From assembly GCA_937967405.1 (NCBI GenBank), contig CALCJV010000027.1, positions 8,527 through 72,526 on the forward strand: a DNA stretch of 64,000 nt. The letters run 5' to 3'. Below are positions 18,166-28,500 of the stretch, piece after piece. This DNA comes from an uncultured Chloroflexales bacterium. GTDB lineage: Bacteria; Chloroflexota; Chloroflexia; Chloroflexales; Chloroflexaceae. The translations under genes and the position numbers were made by a program. Below the pieces are notes generated by a model, which saw only the letters and a program-made list of their open reading frames with translations, made no database searches and was not told the origin of the DNA. Positions within the stretch are counted from its first letter, which is position 1, and each line of letters opens with the position of its first letter.

Positions 18166-18969
18166 ATGATGATAGACACAACCTCCACGCTTTTTGCCCG
18201 CGCTGAGCAGGCTGCCCGCGCCGATGGCAAAGATGCCTATTTCCGGCTGCACCGCTACCGCTACGCGGCCGTGTTGGAAGCCCTGCCGCCGCCGCCCGCC
18301 ACTGTGCTGGAGGTGGGCGTAACGCCCGGTCAGTTTACGCGCATACTGGTCGAGTCGGGCTACCGCACGAGTGGAGTAGACCTTGACCCGCACAAGCGTG
18401 CCGCGCTGTGGGCTGAGCTAGGCGTGGAAGTGCGGCAAGCAAATTTGGAGCAGGAGCCAATCCCGTTTGCCGATCAGAGCTTTGACTGTGCGGTCTTTTC
18501 GGAAGTAATCGAACACCTTGTCTACTCGCCGCTGCCGGTGCTCCGCGAGCTGTATCGGGTACTCAAGCCGGGCGGGGCATTGGTATTGAGTACCCCCAAT
18601 GAACTGTACTTCAAGAGCCGCCTCCGCACCCTGCTGCACGTCCTGCTCTGGCAGAGCCTCGACACGCCCGCCGAGTTCCGCCACAAGATGGAGCTAGAAG
18701 GCGTAGCCCGCTACACCACCCACGCCCGCACCTACACGATGCGCGAACTGGTGTGGCTGGTGCAGCAGGCCGGCTTGCAGGTTGCGGTACGCCGCTACAG
18801 TGCCGCGTGGGAGCGGGTCGGCTTAGATGAAGGGCGGCTCTGCCACAAGCCCCTACAGGTACTTGGCAAGCGGGCCTTACTCGGCATCACCACCATTGTG
18901 CCGTCCACCCGCTCAATGCTATTGCTGGTGGCGGTGCGTCCGCTACAGCCTGCCCCAGCAAGCCGCTAG
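18166..18969 (+). CDS. class I SAM-dependent methyltransferase
   Basis: Motif I VLEVGVTPGQ, post-I DL, FDCAVFSEVIEHL, LKPGGALVLSTPN. TATAAT at 18153-18158 ends only 7 nt before the ATG, so a leaderless transcript is possible. Confidence 0.8.
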   Translation: MMIDTTSTLFARAEQAARADGKDAYFRLHRYRYAAVLEALPPPPATVLEVGVTPGQFTRILVESGYRTSGVDLDPHKRAALWAELGVEVRQANLEQEPIPFADQSFDCAVFSEVIEHLVYSPLPVLRELYRVLKPGGALVLSTPNELYFKSRLRTLLHVLLWQSLDTPAEFRHKMELEGVARYTTHARTYTMRELVWLVQQAGLQVAVRRYSAAWERVGLDEGRLCHKPLQVLGKRALLGITTIVPSTRSMLLLVAVRPLQPAPASR

Positions 18970-18971
18970 CC

Positions 18972-19883
18972 GTGCCTATGCGCCTGCTGGCGGCGAACCT
19001 TGCGGCACTGCTTGCTACCAGCCTGTGGGGGGCTTCGGTCGTGGCGACGCGGGTCGTCGTGCAATCCGTACCACCGCTCACGCTCGCCGCCATGCGCTTT
19101 GGGCAAGGCACGCTCGTGCTGCTGCTCGTGCTGCTGCTGTTTGCGCCAGCCCTGCTCCGCATCAAGCGGCAAGATGTCGGCGCGATTGCGCTGGCGGGCT
19201 TCGTAATCTTTACCTGCTTCTCGATCCTGTTCAACCTGAGCCTTAGCCTGACCGAAGCCGCACGTGGCGCACTGATGCTCGCTACGGCTCCGCTCTGGAG
19301 CGTGCTGATCGGGCGCACGCTGATGGGTGAGCGACTGGCTCCGCGCCAGATCATCGGGGTTAGCTTGAGCATCATCGGCATTGCCGTCAGCCTGCTCGAA
19401 CGTGGCTTGAGCTTTGGTGCGGGCGATGTGAGCATGTATCTCGGTGACGCGCTGATGCTCTTGGCAGCCCTGTGTGTGGCAATCTATGGCGTGTTGGCAC
19501 GGCGCATCCTCCAGACCTATGCGGCCATCACGGTGACCGCCTACGCCATGCTGTTTGGCACGCTGCTACTGCTGCCCTTGCTAGTGCTCGAAGATGTCGG
19601 CGGCGCACTGGTTGCCCTCGATCAACAGACGCTGCTGTTGCTTGTGTTTCTGGGGGTGTTGGGCGGCGCACTCGCGCATTTCTTGTGGGTGCAATCGCTA
19701 TCAGCATTGGCGGCAACCCAAGTGGCGGTGTACATCAATCTCAATCCGCTTGTGGCCGCAATCTTGGGGGCGTGGCTGCTGCGCGAGCAGCTCTCGCTCA
19801 TGTTTCTGCTCGGCTTTGGCTTGGTGCTGAGCGGAGTACTGCTCGTCAACTGGCCCCACGCACACCGGTTGCACCGCACCTAA
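18972..19883 (+). CDS. DMT-superfamily (EamA-like) transporter
   Basis: About 10 hydrophobic helices in two halves. GTG 18972 (or ATG 18978) lies 2 nt after the upstream stop. Confidence 0.8.
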   Translation: MPMRLLAANLAALLATSLWGASVVATRVVVQSVPPLTLAAMRFGQGTLVLLLVLLLFAPALLRIKRQDVGAIALAGFVIFTCFSILFNLSLSLTEAARGALMLATAPLWSVLIGRTLMGERLAPRQIIGVSLSIIGIAVSLLERGLSFGAGDVSMYLGDALMLLAALCVAIYGVLARRILQTYAAITVTAYAMLFGTLLLLPLLVLEDVGGALVALDQQTLLLLVFLGVLGGALAHFLWVQSLSALAATQVAVYINLNPLVAAILGAWLLREQLSLMFLLGFGLVLSGVLLVNWPHAHRLHRT

Positions 19884-19931
19884 ACCAGACGTATACTACA
19901 AAGAGAAGCTACACAGAGGAGTATTGGACGC

Positions 19932-21677
19932 ATGCACTACACCCTTGATCGGTTTACCAATGAGATAGAACGGGCAATTCTGGCAACTGGGCGTGTGCCG
20001 GAAGAGTTGCTGGAATTGCAGCAACCCAAAGCCAATATTCCCGCCGATCTCGCTTTTCCGGCTTTTCGTGCGGCCAAAACGCTTGGCATTGCGCCGCCCC
20101 AATTGGCGCAGGAGCTGGCTGCAACGGTGCGCTTTGATCCGCAGACACTGGTGGGCGAAGTGGCAACCAGTGGCGCATACCTCAACTTCACGCTGCACAC
20201 GCAACGTTTTGCGGCGAGTGTGCTGCATGAGATCTTGACGCTGGGAGCCGCCTACGGGCACACCAATCAAGGGCAAGGACGCACGGTCGTAATTGACTAC
20301 TCCTCGCCCAACATTGCTAAACGTATGCACGTTGGGCACATCCGCAGCACCATCATTGGGCATGCGCTGGTACAACTCTACCGTGCGTTGGGGTATCGCA
20401 CGATTGGCGATAACCATTTGGGCGATTGGGGTAAGCAGTTCGGTGTGATCCTTGCTGCCATAGACCACTACGGCAAGCCCACGGCAGAGGGTGAAGCGGT
20501 GCTTGCCGAATTGGAGTCGATCTACTCACGCTACAGCACCGCGATGAAGGACGATCCGGCACTGGATGCCGCTGCCCGGGCGTGGTCGCTCCGGCTTGAG
20601 CAGGGCGATCCGCAGGCGCGTGAGCTGTGGCAGTGGTGTGTGGGTGCAACACTGGCGGCCAATCAGCGCAACTATGATCGGCTCGGTGTGCAATTCGATC
20701 ATATGTATGGTGAGAGTTTTTATGAAGACATGCTGGAGGGGGCGATTGCAGAAGCGATTGAATGCGGAGCTGCCCGCCGCGACGACGATGGTTCGGTGGT
20801 GGTTGAGCTAGAGGGCTTGCCGCTGTTCTTGTTGCAACGCAACGATGGTGGCACGCTCTACATTACCCGCGATGTGACCACGATCCAATTCCGCCTGCGC
20901 GAGTTTGCCCCTGAACGGATCATCTACGTGGTTGGCTCGGAGCAGGAGCTGCATTTCCGCCAACTGTTTGCCCTTGTACGGGCGATGGGCTACGCGCAGG
21001 ATGTGGATCTAGTGCATATCCCCTTTGGGCGCATCTTTGATGCACAGGGGCAGCCGATCTCGACACGGCGCGGCAACATGATCTACCTCGAAGATATGCT
21101 CAATGAAGCCACCCGCCGCGCCCGTGCTGTGCTGGACAGCAAGCAATCCGACCTTAGCCCCGCCGAGCAGGAGCAGGTTGCCGAACTGGTGGGGGTGGGC
21201 GCGGTGATCTACAACGATCTGTACCAAGATACGCGCCGCAATATCACGATTGATTGGGATCGCATGTTGTCTACGGAGGGTAACAGTGCCACCTATCTCC
21301 AGTACTCCTACGCCCGCTGCCGCTCGATCCTGCGCCGTGCCGCCGCCGATGGCGATTTTTCGGCCGATCACCTCCCCGCGCCCAATTCCGAGTTGGCTGC
21401 ACTGCTGACTGAACCCGCCGAGCAGCAGCTGTTGCGCCACCTTGCGCGGATGCCACAGGCCGTGCGCGAGGCGGGCAACCGCTATGCGCCATTTGTGCTT
21501 GCCGATTGGTGCTATACCACTGCCCGCGAATTCGGCGTATTCTTTGAGCAATGCCCTGTGCTCAAAGCGGCGACCCCCGATCTACGGGCGGCCCGCCTGC
21601 TGCTAATCGCGGCAACCGCGCAGGCGTTGCACAATGGGCTAGCCCTGTTGGGCATTCAAGCTCCGGAACGAATGTAG
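19932..21677 (+). CDS. argS: arginine--tRNA ligase
   Basis: 581 aa. Class I HIGH region SSPNIAKRMHVGHIRS. The C-terminal anticodon-binding helical domain ends in ..ERM, as is typical of ArgS. Confidence 0.93.
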   Translation: MHYTLDRFTNEIERAILATGRVPEELLELQQPKANIPADLAFPAFRAAKTLGIAPPQLAQELAATVRFDPQTLVGEVATSGAYLNFTLHTQRFAASVLHEILTLGAAYGHTNQGQGRTVVIDYSSPNIAKRMHVGHIRSTIIGHALVQLYRALGYRTIGDNHLGDWGKQFGVILAAIDHYGKPTAEGEAVLAELESIYSRYSTAMKDDPALDAAARAWSLRLEQGDPQARELWQWCVGATLAANQRNYDRLGVQFDHMYGESFYEDMLEGAIAEAIECGAARRDDDGSVVVELEGLPLFLLQRNDGGTLYITRDVTTIQFRLREFAPERIIYVVGSEQELHFRQLFALVRAMGYAQDVDLVHIPFGRIFDAQGQPISTRRGNMIYLEDMLNEATRRARAVLDSKQSDLSPAEQEQVAELVGVGAVIYNDLYQDTRRNITIDWDRMLSTEGNSATYLQYSYARCRSILRRAAADGDFSADHLPAPNSELAALLTEPAEQQLLRHLARMPQAVREAGNRYAPFVLADWCYTTAREFGVFFEQCPVLKAATPDLRAARLLLIAATAQALHNGLALLGIQAPERM

Positions 21678-21689
21678 GAGCCTGAGCGC

Positions 21690-22484
21690 ATGCCTATCCC
21701 GCAACCGATCCGCACGCTATTATTCGATATGGATGGGGTGCTTTATCGTGGGCAGACGATCCTGCCCGGTGTGGCCGAGGTGATCGCCTACTGTCAGCAG
21801 CACGATCTGCCGTTTGCCACGATCACCAACAATGCCACCCGCACGCGCCAGCAGTATGAGCAGAAGCTCCACGCTATGGGCTTAGCGGTGCGGGGTGAGC
21901 AGGTATTGACCTCGGCCATTATCACCAATGCGTGGCTCCGCAGGCACTATCCAACAGGGACACGAGTGCTTGCGATTGGTATGCGCGGTCTCACCGATGA
22001 ACTGTTTGGCGATGGCTACTTTGTCTCTGATGAGGAACAGCCGCAGCTGGTGGTGCAAGGGGCCGATTTTGAGCTGACCTACGAACGGCTCAAGCGCGGC
22101 TGTCTCGCCATTCGGGCGGGCGCACGCTACATCCTCACCAACCCGGATCGCACCTTCCCGACGGAGATTGGGCTAGTGCCCGGCGCAGGGGCGATCAGTG
22201 CTGCGTTGGTAGCTGCCACCGGCGTAGAGCCGACTGTGCTCGGCAAGCCCCAGCCAGCCATGTTTCACACGGCACTGCACATGCTCGGTGGCGATCCGGC
22301 CACGACGCTTGTCGTTGGGGATCGGCTTGATACCGATATTGCCGGCGCACGCAACGCCGGATTGCCGTGTGCGCTTGTATTGACGGGCGTGACTACGCCG
22401 GATGAGCTTGCGGCTAGCCCACTTCAGCCTGACCTTGTGCTGCACGACCTGACTGAACTGTACGCTGTATTGCAGCATCAGTAG
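21690..22484 (+). CDS. HAD-IIA family hydrolase (NagD-like)
   Basis: LFDMDGVLYRG (DxDG nucleophile motif), TNN, GKP, VGDRLDTDI. Confidence 0.8.
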   Translation: MPIPQPIRTLLFDMDGVLYRGQTILPGVAEVIAYCQQHDLPFATITNNATRTRQQYEQKLHAMGLAVRGEQVLTSAIITNAWLRRHYPTGTRVLAIGMRGLTDELFGDGYFVSDEEQPQLVVQGADFELTYERLKRGCLAIRAGARYILTNPDRTFPTEIGLVPGAGAISAALVAATGVEPTVLGKPQPAMFHTALHMLGGDPATTLVVGDRLDTDIAGARNAGLPCALVLTGVTTPDELAASPLQPDLVLHDLTELYAVLQHQ

Positions 22485-22500
22485 GCATGTAGGTGATTGG

Positions 22501-23412
22501 GTGCGTATGCTGTTCTTGATTGTCTACGACCAGCAGCAGGTTACGCTCCTCGTGCGCGATTGGTCTGCGGATAAGCTTTATCAGGCGTTGCAGCACGGGC
22601 AGTTTGGGGCCGCGTTACCACCGCCCGACCGGCGCGTCCTTGTGGCATTGCTCGTGGATTGGCAACGGCGGGCCCTCGGACAGGTTATGCTGCGCGATGC
22701 CATGTTGGTTGATCAGCGGCGTGGGGCGCAAGTCTACCGTTTGCTGTGCTACAGCCAGATTCGCGCCGCACAGCCGATTCCTGAGCTTGCCGCGCACCTG
22801 TTTACGCCGGGTGAGCCGCAGCCTGATCTGGCTCAGCTGCACGCCCAGCTCATTGCGCTAGCGGCTGCGCCAGCGTGCCCACCGCCTACTTGTGCCGAGC
22901 TGCACCACCTCGCCGATGTCGTCTTGCTGGCCCAGCAGCCGGGCATGGTGCTGCACTGTGTTACTACCGATGCTGATGGGCAGCCGCAGCCGATCCAACT
23001 GTCGCTTCCCGATAACCTGCTTGATCTGTTGCCCACCCAGCCCCCTACATTGATGCAAACCCCTGTGCCGCGCTTCGAGCCGCCGACGGGCTGGCGGCGC
23101 AACATCTCGGTTATGCTGGCGGTGTCCGGCGTAATCTGGTTGCTGTTGCCGCTGATGTTCGGGCAGATTCCGGTGCGTCCGGCAGGCGTTCCGCTCGGCT
23201 TGGTGACACTGGCTCTGCTGATCGGGGTGCAAGCCCAGTGGCGCGGCTATGTTGGCTCGGTGTGCCTGTGGCTCGTGCCCAATCTGCCGTGGTTTCATCA
23301 CGGCGAACGGTTTGACTGGCTGCGTACCCTGCCGTTCCTGCTGCTCGGCCTGCTGCTAATCAGCCTCGATCAACCCATCCGTGCCCTGTGGCGTTGGCTC
23401 TGGCGGGGCTAG
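22501..23412 (+). CDS. hypothetical membrane protein
   Basis: Soluble N-terminal part of about 190 aa, then 3-4 hydrophobic helices (ISVMLAVSGVIWLLLPLMF, LGLVTLALLIGV, LPFLLLGLLLISL). No family recognised. Confidence 0.5.
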   Translation: MRMLFLIVYDQQQVTLLVRDWSADKLYQALQHGQFGAALPPPDRRVLVALLVDWQRRALGQVMLRDAMLVDQRRGAQVYRLLCYSQIRAAQPIPELAAHLFTPGEPQPDLAQLHAQLIALAAAPACPPPTCAELHHLADVVLLAQQPGMVLHCVTTDADGQPQPIQLSLPDNLLDLLPTQPPTLMQTPVPRFEPPTGWRRNISVMLAVSGVIWLLLPLMFGQIPVRPAGVPLGLVTLALLIGVQAQWRGYVGSVCLWLVPNLPWFHHGERFDWLRTLPFLLLGLLLISLDQPIRALWRWLWRG

Positions 23413-23437
23413 GCAGCAGGCGCACCCCTCCCACACG

Positions 23438-25318
23438 ATGACTGCCCCGCCGCCGCCCCATTCACCTGCACCAGCCACAAGCCCTAGCGTGCCCTCGCGC
23501 ACATGGGCGCAACGCTGGCACGATCTCCGCATCGCCCTGCGGAACGTACCGCGTGCGCTTGCGTTGGTGTGGCAGGCGCATCGGCTCGGCACGCTGGCCT
23601 TGCTTGGCTTGACCATCATTGCCGCGCTGTTGCCCGCAGCCCAAGCGTGGGTAGCCAAGCTCGTCGTAGATGCAGTGCTCGTGGCGATCCAAGCCGGTAC
23701 AGACCCGCTTGTGGGAGTGCAGCAGGTCGCGCCGCTGCTCATAGTGGGCTTCATCCTCATTACCCTTGCGGCAACTATCGCCCAAGCCTTTACCCTGCTC
23801 GAGCATATGCTCAATGCCCGCCTCGCGCACACGATCAACGAGGCCCTCTTGACCAAAGCGATTGCGCTCGAGCTGCGCTATTTCGAGGATGCTGAGTTCT
23901 ACAACAAGCTCCAAAATGCCCGCCGAGAAGCCGACTTCCGGGCCCTTGCGATTGTCAACAATCTCTTCAGCATGCTGCAAAGCACGATCACGCTGCTCTC
24001 GTTTTCAGGCATCCTACTGTTGGTCAGCCCACTGATCACGCTCGTCCTGATTGGGGCAACCTTGCCCGCGTTTCTGGTACAAGCCCGCTATGCTGGGGTA
24101 TACTTCCGCCTGCTCAGCAACCGGGCCCCCGAATTTCGGCGTATGCAGTACATTGAATACCTGCTTACGGTAGATAGCACCGTCAAAGAGATCAAGCTGT
24201 TTGGGCTAGGGCCGTCCCTCTTTCATACGTATCAAGAGCTGTTCTGGCAGTTCTACCGTGAGGATGCTGCGCTAGCGCGGCGGCGCAGCATTCTCAGTGT
24301 GCTGTGGGGCACGCTCGCCACCGCGAGCTTCTATGGGGCGTATGCGTGGGTGGTGTGGCGCACGATTGCGGGCGACCTGACCCTCGGCGATCTGACGCTG
24401 TATCTGGTGGTGTTTCAGCAAACCCAAAGCACCTTTCGCAGCTTGCTGAGTGGGGCGGGACAGCTCTACGAAGGAGCCTTGTTTCTCGATAACCTGTTTA
24501 CCTATCTCGCGCAAGAACCACAGCTACCCACAGCAGCCCAGCCGCGCCGCGTGCCACGCCCGTTGCAGCACGGGATCGAATTCCGTGCGGTGTCGTTCTA
24601 CTATCCGGGAGCGACTGAGTGGGCTGTGTATAACATCAACTTGCACATCAAGGCGGGCGAAACGGTGGCACTAGTGGGGCGCAACGGGGCGGGCAAAACC
24701 ACGCTGATCAAGCTGCTAGCGCGTTTCTATGATCCCGTTGAAGGGCAGATTCTGCTCGATGGAATAGACCTGCGCGAGTATGATCTGGATGACCTGCGCC
24801 GGGCCGTGAGTGTGATCTTTCAGGATTTTGTGCAGTATCAAGCCCCGCTCAGCGATAACATCGGCTACGGGCAAGTCGAGCGGCTTGACGATGATGCACG
24901 CATCCGCCACGCGGCGGCGCAGGGCGGCGCGGATGCTGTGGCCGCTGCGCTGCCGCAGAGCTATGCTACCCTGCTTGGGCGGTGGTTTGCGGGCGGTCAG
25001 GAGCTATCCGGCGGGCAGTGGCAGAAGGTGGCCCTAGCGCGGGCCTTTATGCGCGAGGCGGAAATACTAGTCCTTGACGAACCTACAGCGGCCCTTGATG
25101 CCGAGTATGAATACGAGCTGTTCACCCGCTTTCGCCAGCTCACACAAGACAAAACGACGCTGCTGATCAGCCATCGCTTCAGCACGGTACGCATGGCGGA
25201 TCGGATCGTCGTCTTAGCCGATCAGCAGATCGTTGAGGTGGGCACACACACCGAGCTGCTGGCCCACGAAGGGCACTATGCGCGGCTGTTCCGCTTGCAG
25301 GCGCAGGGCTATAGCTAG
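23438..25318 (+). CDS. ABC exporter, fused permease/ATPase (MsbA-like type)
   Basis: Six-helix TMD, then an NBD with GRNGAGKTTLIKLL (Walker A), LSGGQWQKVALARAF (signature) and ILVLDEPTAALD (Walker B). ATG 23438 preferred over 23381 because it avoids overlap with the upstream gene. Confidence 0.9.
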   Translation: MTAPPPPHSPAPATSPSVPSRTWAQRWHDLRIALRNVPRALALVWQAHRLGTLALLGLTIIAALLPAAQAWVAKLVVDAVLVAIQAGTDPLVGVQQVAPLLIVGFILITLAATIAQAFTLLEHMLNARLAHTINEALLTKAIALELRYFEDAEFYNKLQNARREADFRALAIVNNLFSMLQSTITLLSFSGILLLVSPLITLVLIGATLPAFLVQARYAGVYFRLLSNRAPEFRRMQYIEYLLTVDSTVKEIKLFGLGPSLFHTYQELFWQFYREDAALARRRSILSVLWGTLATASFYGAYAWVVWRTIAGDLTLGDLTLYLVVFQQTQSTFRSLLSGAGQLYEGALFLDNLFTYLAQEPQLPTAAQPRRVPRPLQHGIEFRAVSFYYPGATEWAVYNINLHIKAGETVALVGRNGAGKTTLIKLLARFYDPVEGQILLDGIDLREYDLDDLRRAVSVIFQDFVQYQAPLSDNIGYGQVERLDDDARIRHAAAQGGADAVAAALPQSYATLLGRWFAGGQELSGGQWQKVALARAFMREAEILVLDEPTAALDAEYEYELFTRFRQLTQDKTTLLISHRFSTVRMADRIVVLADQQIVEVGTHTELLAHEGHYARLFRLQAQGYS

Positions 25319-25375
25319 GGTATCGGGCAGGCCTTAAATTCGCGTTGGAATCGGGCGAAAAGCGTAGTCATTTGC

Positions 25376-25405
25376 TTGACACATCAAACAAGAGTAACGT
25401 ACAAT
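25376..25405 (+). promoter_or_regulatory. near-consensus sigma70-like promoter upstream of mcr
   Basis: TTGACA (25376-25381), 18-nt spacer, TACAAT (25400-25405). This implies an AT-rich leader of about 170 nt before ATG 25583. Confidence 0.5.
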
Positions 25406-25582
25406 GGTAGATAATAATCTTCAAATCGTGAAAATATGAACATGCGTATTCATCATAAATATTTAGACATCATGCATGGGAAAAGCATCAGCACGTTCTG
25501 AAGGCAAGCACCTATCACCGAGCACAGATGGGTTCACTGGCTGTATCTTGGATAAAAGTAAACTGTAGCCAAAAGGAAAATC

Positions 25583-28500
25583 ATGGACGATTTGCAAACA
25601 TCAACTCATGTGGCTCATGCGCCAGCTGGACGGTTGATCGGCAAAGTGGCGATTATTACGGGCGGGGCAGGCAACATTGGTGAGGTGATCACGCGCCGCT
25701 ACCTTGCAGAGGGTGCGACAGTCGTGATTACTGGGCGCAACCAAACCAAGCTCAATACCTATCGGCAGGCGTTGCTGGATGATGACCTCGCGGAGCCGGA
25801 GCGCATTTTGGCTCTGCCCGTAGATGGCAGTGACATGGCCCAAGTGCGGGCAGGTGTGGCACAGGTGCTGGAACAGTATGGGCGGATTGATATTCTGATC
25901 AACAATGCGGGGAGCGCGGGCTGCAAGCAACGTCTGCCCGATGTGCCGCTCACGCCGGAGCAGGTGCGTGCGCCGGATACCGAAACACTCGCGCAGAGTA
26001 TTGGCAATCTCCTGCTACTGACGTGGAATATGGTGCGGGCCGTTGCGCCACACATGCAGCCCGGCAGCAGCATTATCAATGTCTCCACAATTTTCTCGCG
26101 CACTGATTACTATGGGCGTATTCCCTATGTGGTCCCCAAGGCTGCCCTAAATGCCTTGACTGAAGGGCTGGCCAAAGAACTCGGTGCACGTGGTATCCGC
26201 GTCAACACTGTTTATCCGGGGCCTATCGAGAGTGACCGCATCCGCAATGTATTCAAAACGATGGATAGCCTCAAGGGTGTGCCCGATGGCACAACCGGTG
26301 CAGGCTTTATGAATATCATGCGTCTTGCCCACGCCGACGCACACGGCACGGTGCAGAAGCAATTTCCTACACCAGCCGATGTGGCCGGTACGATAGTCTT
26401 TCTTGGGAGCGATGAAGCACGTGCCTTTGCCGGGCACGGTTTTGAAGTCACTAACGGTATGGCTGTGCCGGCCGAAAGCCGCACGACCTTCGTCTCGCGC
26501 CCCGGTCTCCGCAACGTAGACGCATCGGGCAAGGTGGTGCTCGTGTGTGCGGGCGATCAGATACAGGAAACACTGGCGCTGGTAGATATTCTGCGTTCGT
26601 GCAATGCCGAAGTGTGCCTGACCTTCCGTGACCGCGCCGCGCTGATCCGTATTCAGAACCTGTTTCAAGAACGCCGCTACGGCGATTCGAGCTTTGCCCT
26701 GCCGATCCTCGAATATATCAATCCGCTTGATGCTGCCCAGACTGAAGATGTGTTGCAACACATCTATGAAACGACTGGCGGACCTCACTATGTCGTCATT
26801 ATGCCCGCCAATGGGATTGAGGGCGAAACGACCTATCCATATCCAGCATCGCTGGTAGATGTGGATGATAGTTTGGTCGAACGCTTTGCTAACGAGGAGT
26901 TGGTTGGCACTATCGCGCTCGCCCGCCACCTTGCGCGTTTCTGGAATGCCCGCCAGCAGCACCCGATCAGCATGATGCCGGGTGCGCCGCATGTCGTCTT
27001 TGTGGGTAATTCGGATGATGGCAAAGGCAATCTCTACAACAACATTGCCCGTGCCGCGAATGAACAGCTGATTCGCGTCTGGCGGCATGAGTCTGCGCTG
27101 GATGCTCAGAAGCCGGGAATTGAGGGGCAGCTGCCGGAGGCTGTCCCCGTGTGGAGTAATCAGATTGTGCGCTACACCAACCACGAGGCCGAGAATCAGG
27201 GCTTTGCGTTGGCGTGGGCCGTCAAGCTGTTCAACAGTGATCGCCATATCGAGGAGATCAATCTGTATCTGCCGGATGCAATTGGCGTAACGACTGGCTC
27301 GCACCGCCTATCGTTTGGCTGGGCCGAGAGCCTGATTGGGTTGCACATCGGCAAGGTTGCGCTGATCACGGGCGGCAGTGCTGGAATTGGTGGCCAAGTG
27401 GGGCGGCTGCTTGCGCTGAGTGGGGCGAAGGTGATGCTGGCCGCACGCGGCGCAGAGCAGCTTGAGCAGATGCGCGACGCAATTGTGCAGGAGGTCCGCG
27501 ACGCAGGCTATGCCTATGCTGAGAGCCGCGTGCAGGTGATGGATGGCATAGATGTTGCCAACGAGCAGCAGCTAGCCCGCTTAGTTGAACGCACGATAGA
27601 TACTTTCGGGCGGATTGACTACTTGATCAACAATGCGGGCATTTCTGGGGCAGAAGAGATGGTGATTGATATGTCGCTCGATGACTGGCGCAATACCCTC
27701 GCGGCCAACCTGATCAGCAACTACTCACTGATCCGTAAGGTTGCGCCGTTGATGAAAGCGCAGGGTAGCGGCTACATCCTCAATGTCTCATCCTACTTTG
27801 GCGGTGAGAAGTCCGTGGCCATTCCCTACCCCAATCGGGCTGACTACGCCGTGAGCAAGGCCGGCCAGCGGGCGATGGTTGAGAGCTTTGCGCGGTTTAT
27901 GGGGCCTGAGGTGCAGATCAACGCGATTGCGCCCGGTCCGGTTGATGGAGATCGGTTGCGCGGCACGGGTGAGCGGCCCGGCTTGTTCAAGCGGCGCGGG
28001 CGGCTGATCCTCGAAAACAAACGCCTCAACGATGTGCATGCCGCCCTGATTACTGCGCTGCGCGGTGGGCATTCGCTCGCCACGCTGCTGCCGCTGCTGC
28101 TCGCCAATGATGTACAGGCGATGGCCAAGAGTGAGAAAACTCCTAAACCATTGCGTGATCTCGCTGAGCGCGTCTGGGCTGAGAGTGACCCCGACGGCGC
28201 ATCGCGGGCATTCCTACTCAATCAAGCGATTGCCGATAAGCTGTTTAATCGCTTGCAACTGGGCGGCTATTTCCTGAATACCCCCCCGGCACCTGCCAGC
28301 AACGGCAATGGGGCTGCTAGCCTAGCTCCGACAGCGAGCAAACTGGAATTGGCGATACAGCCACCGGAGCCGTTCTTTACCGCCCGCCAGATTGACCGCG
28401 AAGCCCGTAAGGTGCGTGAGGGTGTGCTTGGGATGCTGCAACTGAAGCGCATGCCCACCGAAATTGATGTGGCCCGGGCGACAGTATACTACCTCGCCGA

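Noticed and set aside
26147-27304. 385-aa ORF on the minus strand
   Set aside because: It is antisense to the malonyl-CoA reductase gene. It has no RBS, motif or independent support. GC-driven artefact.
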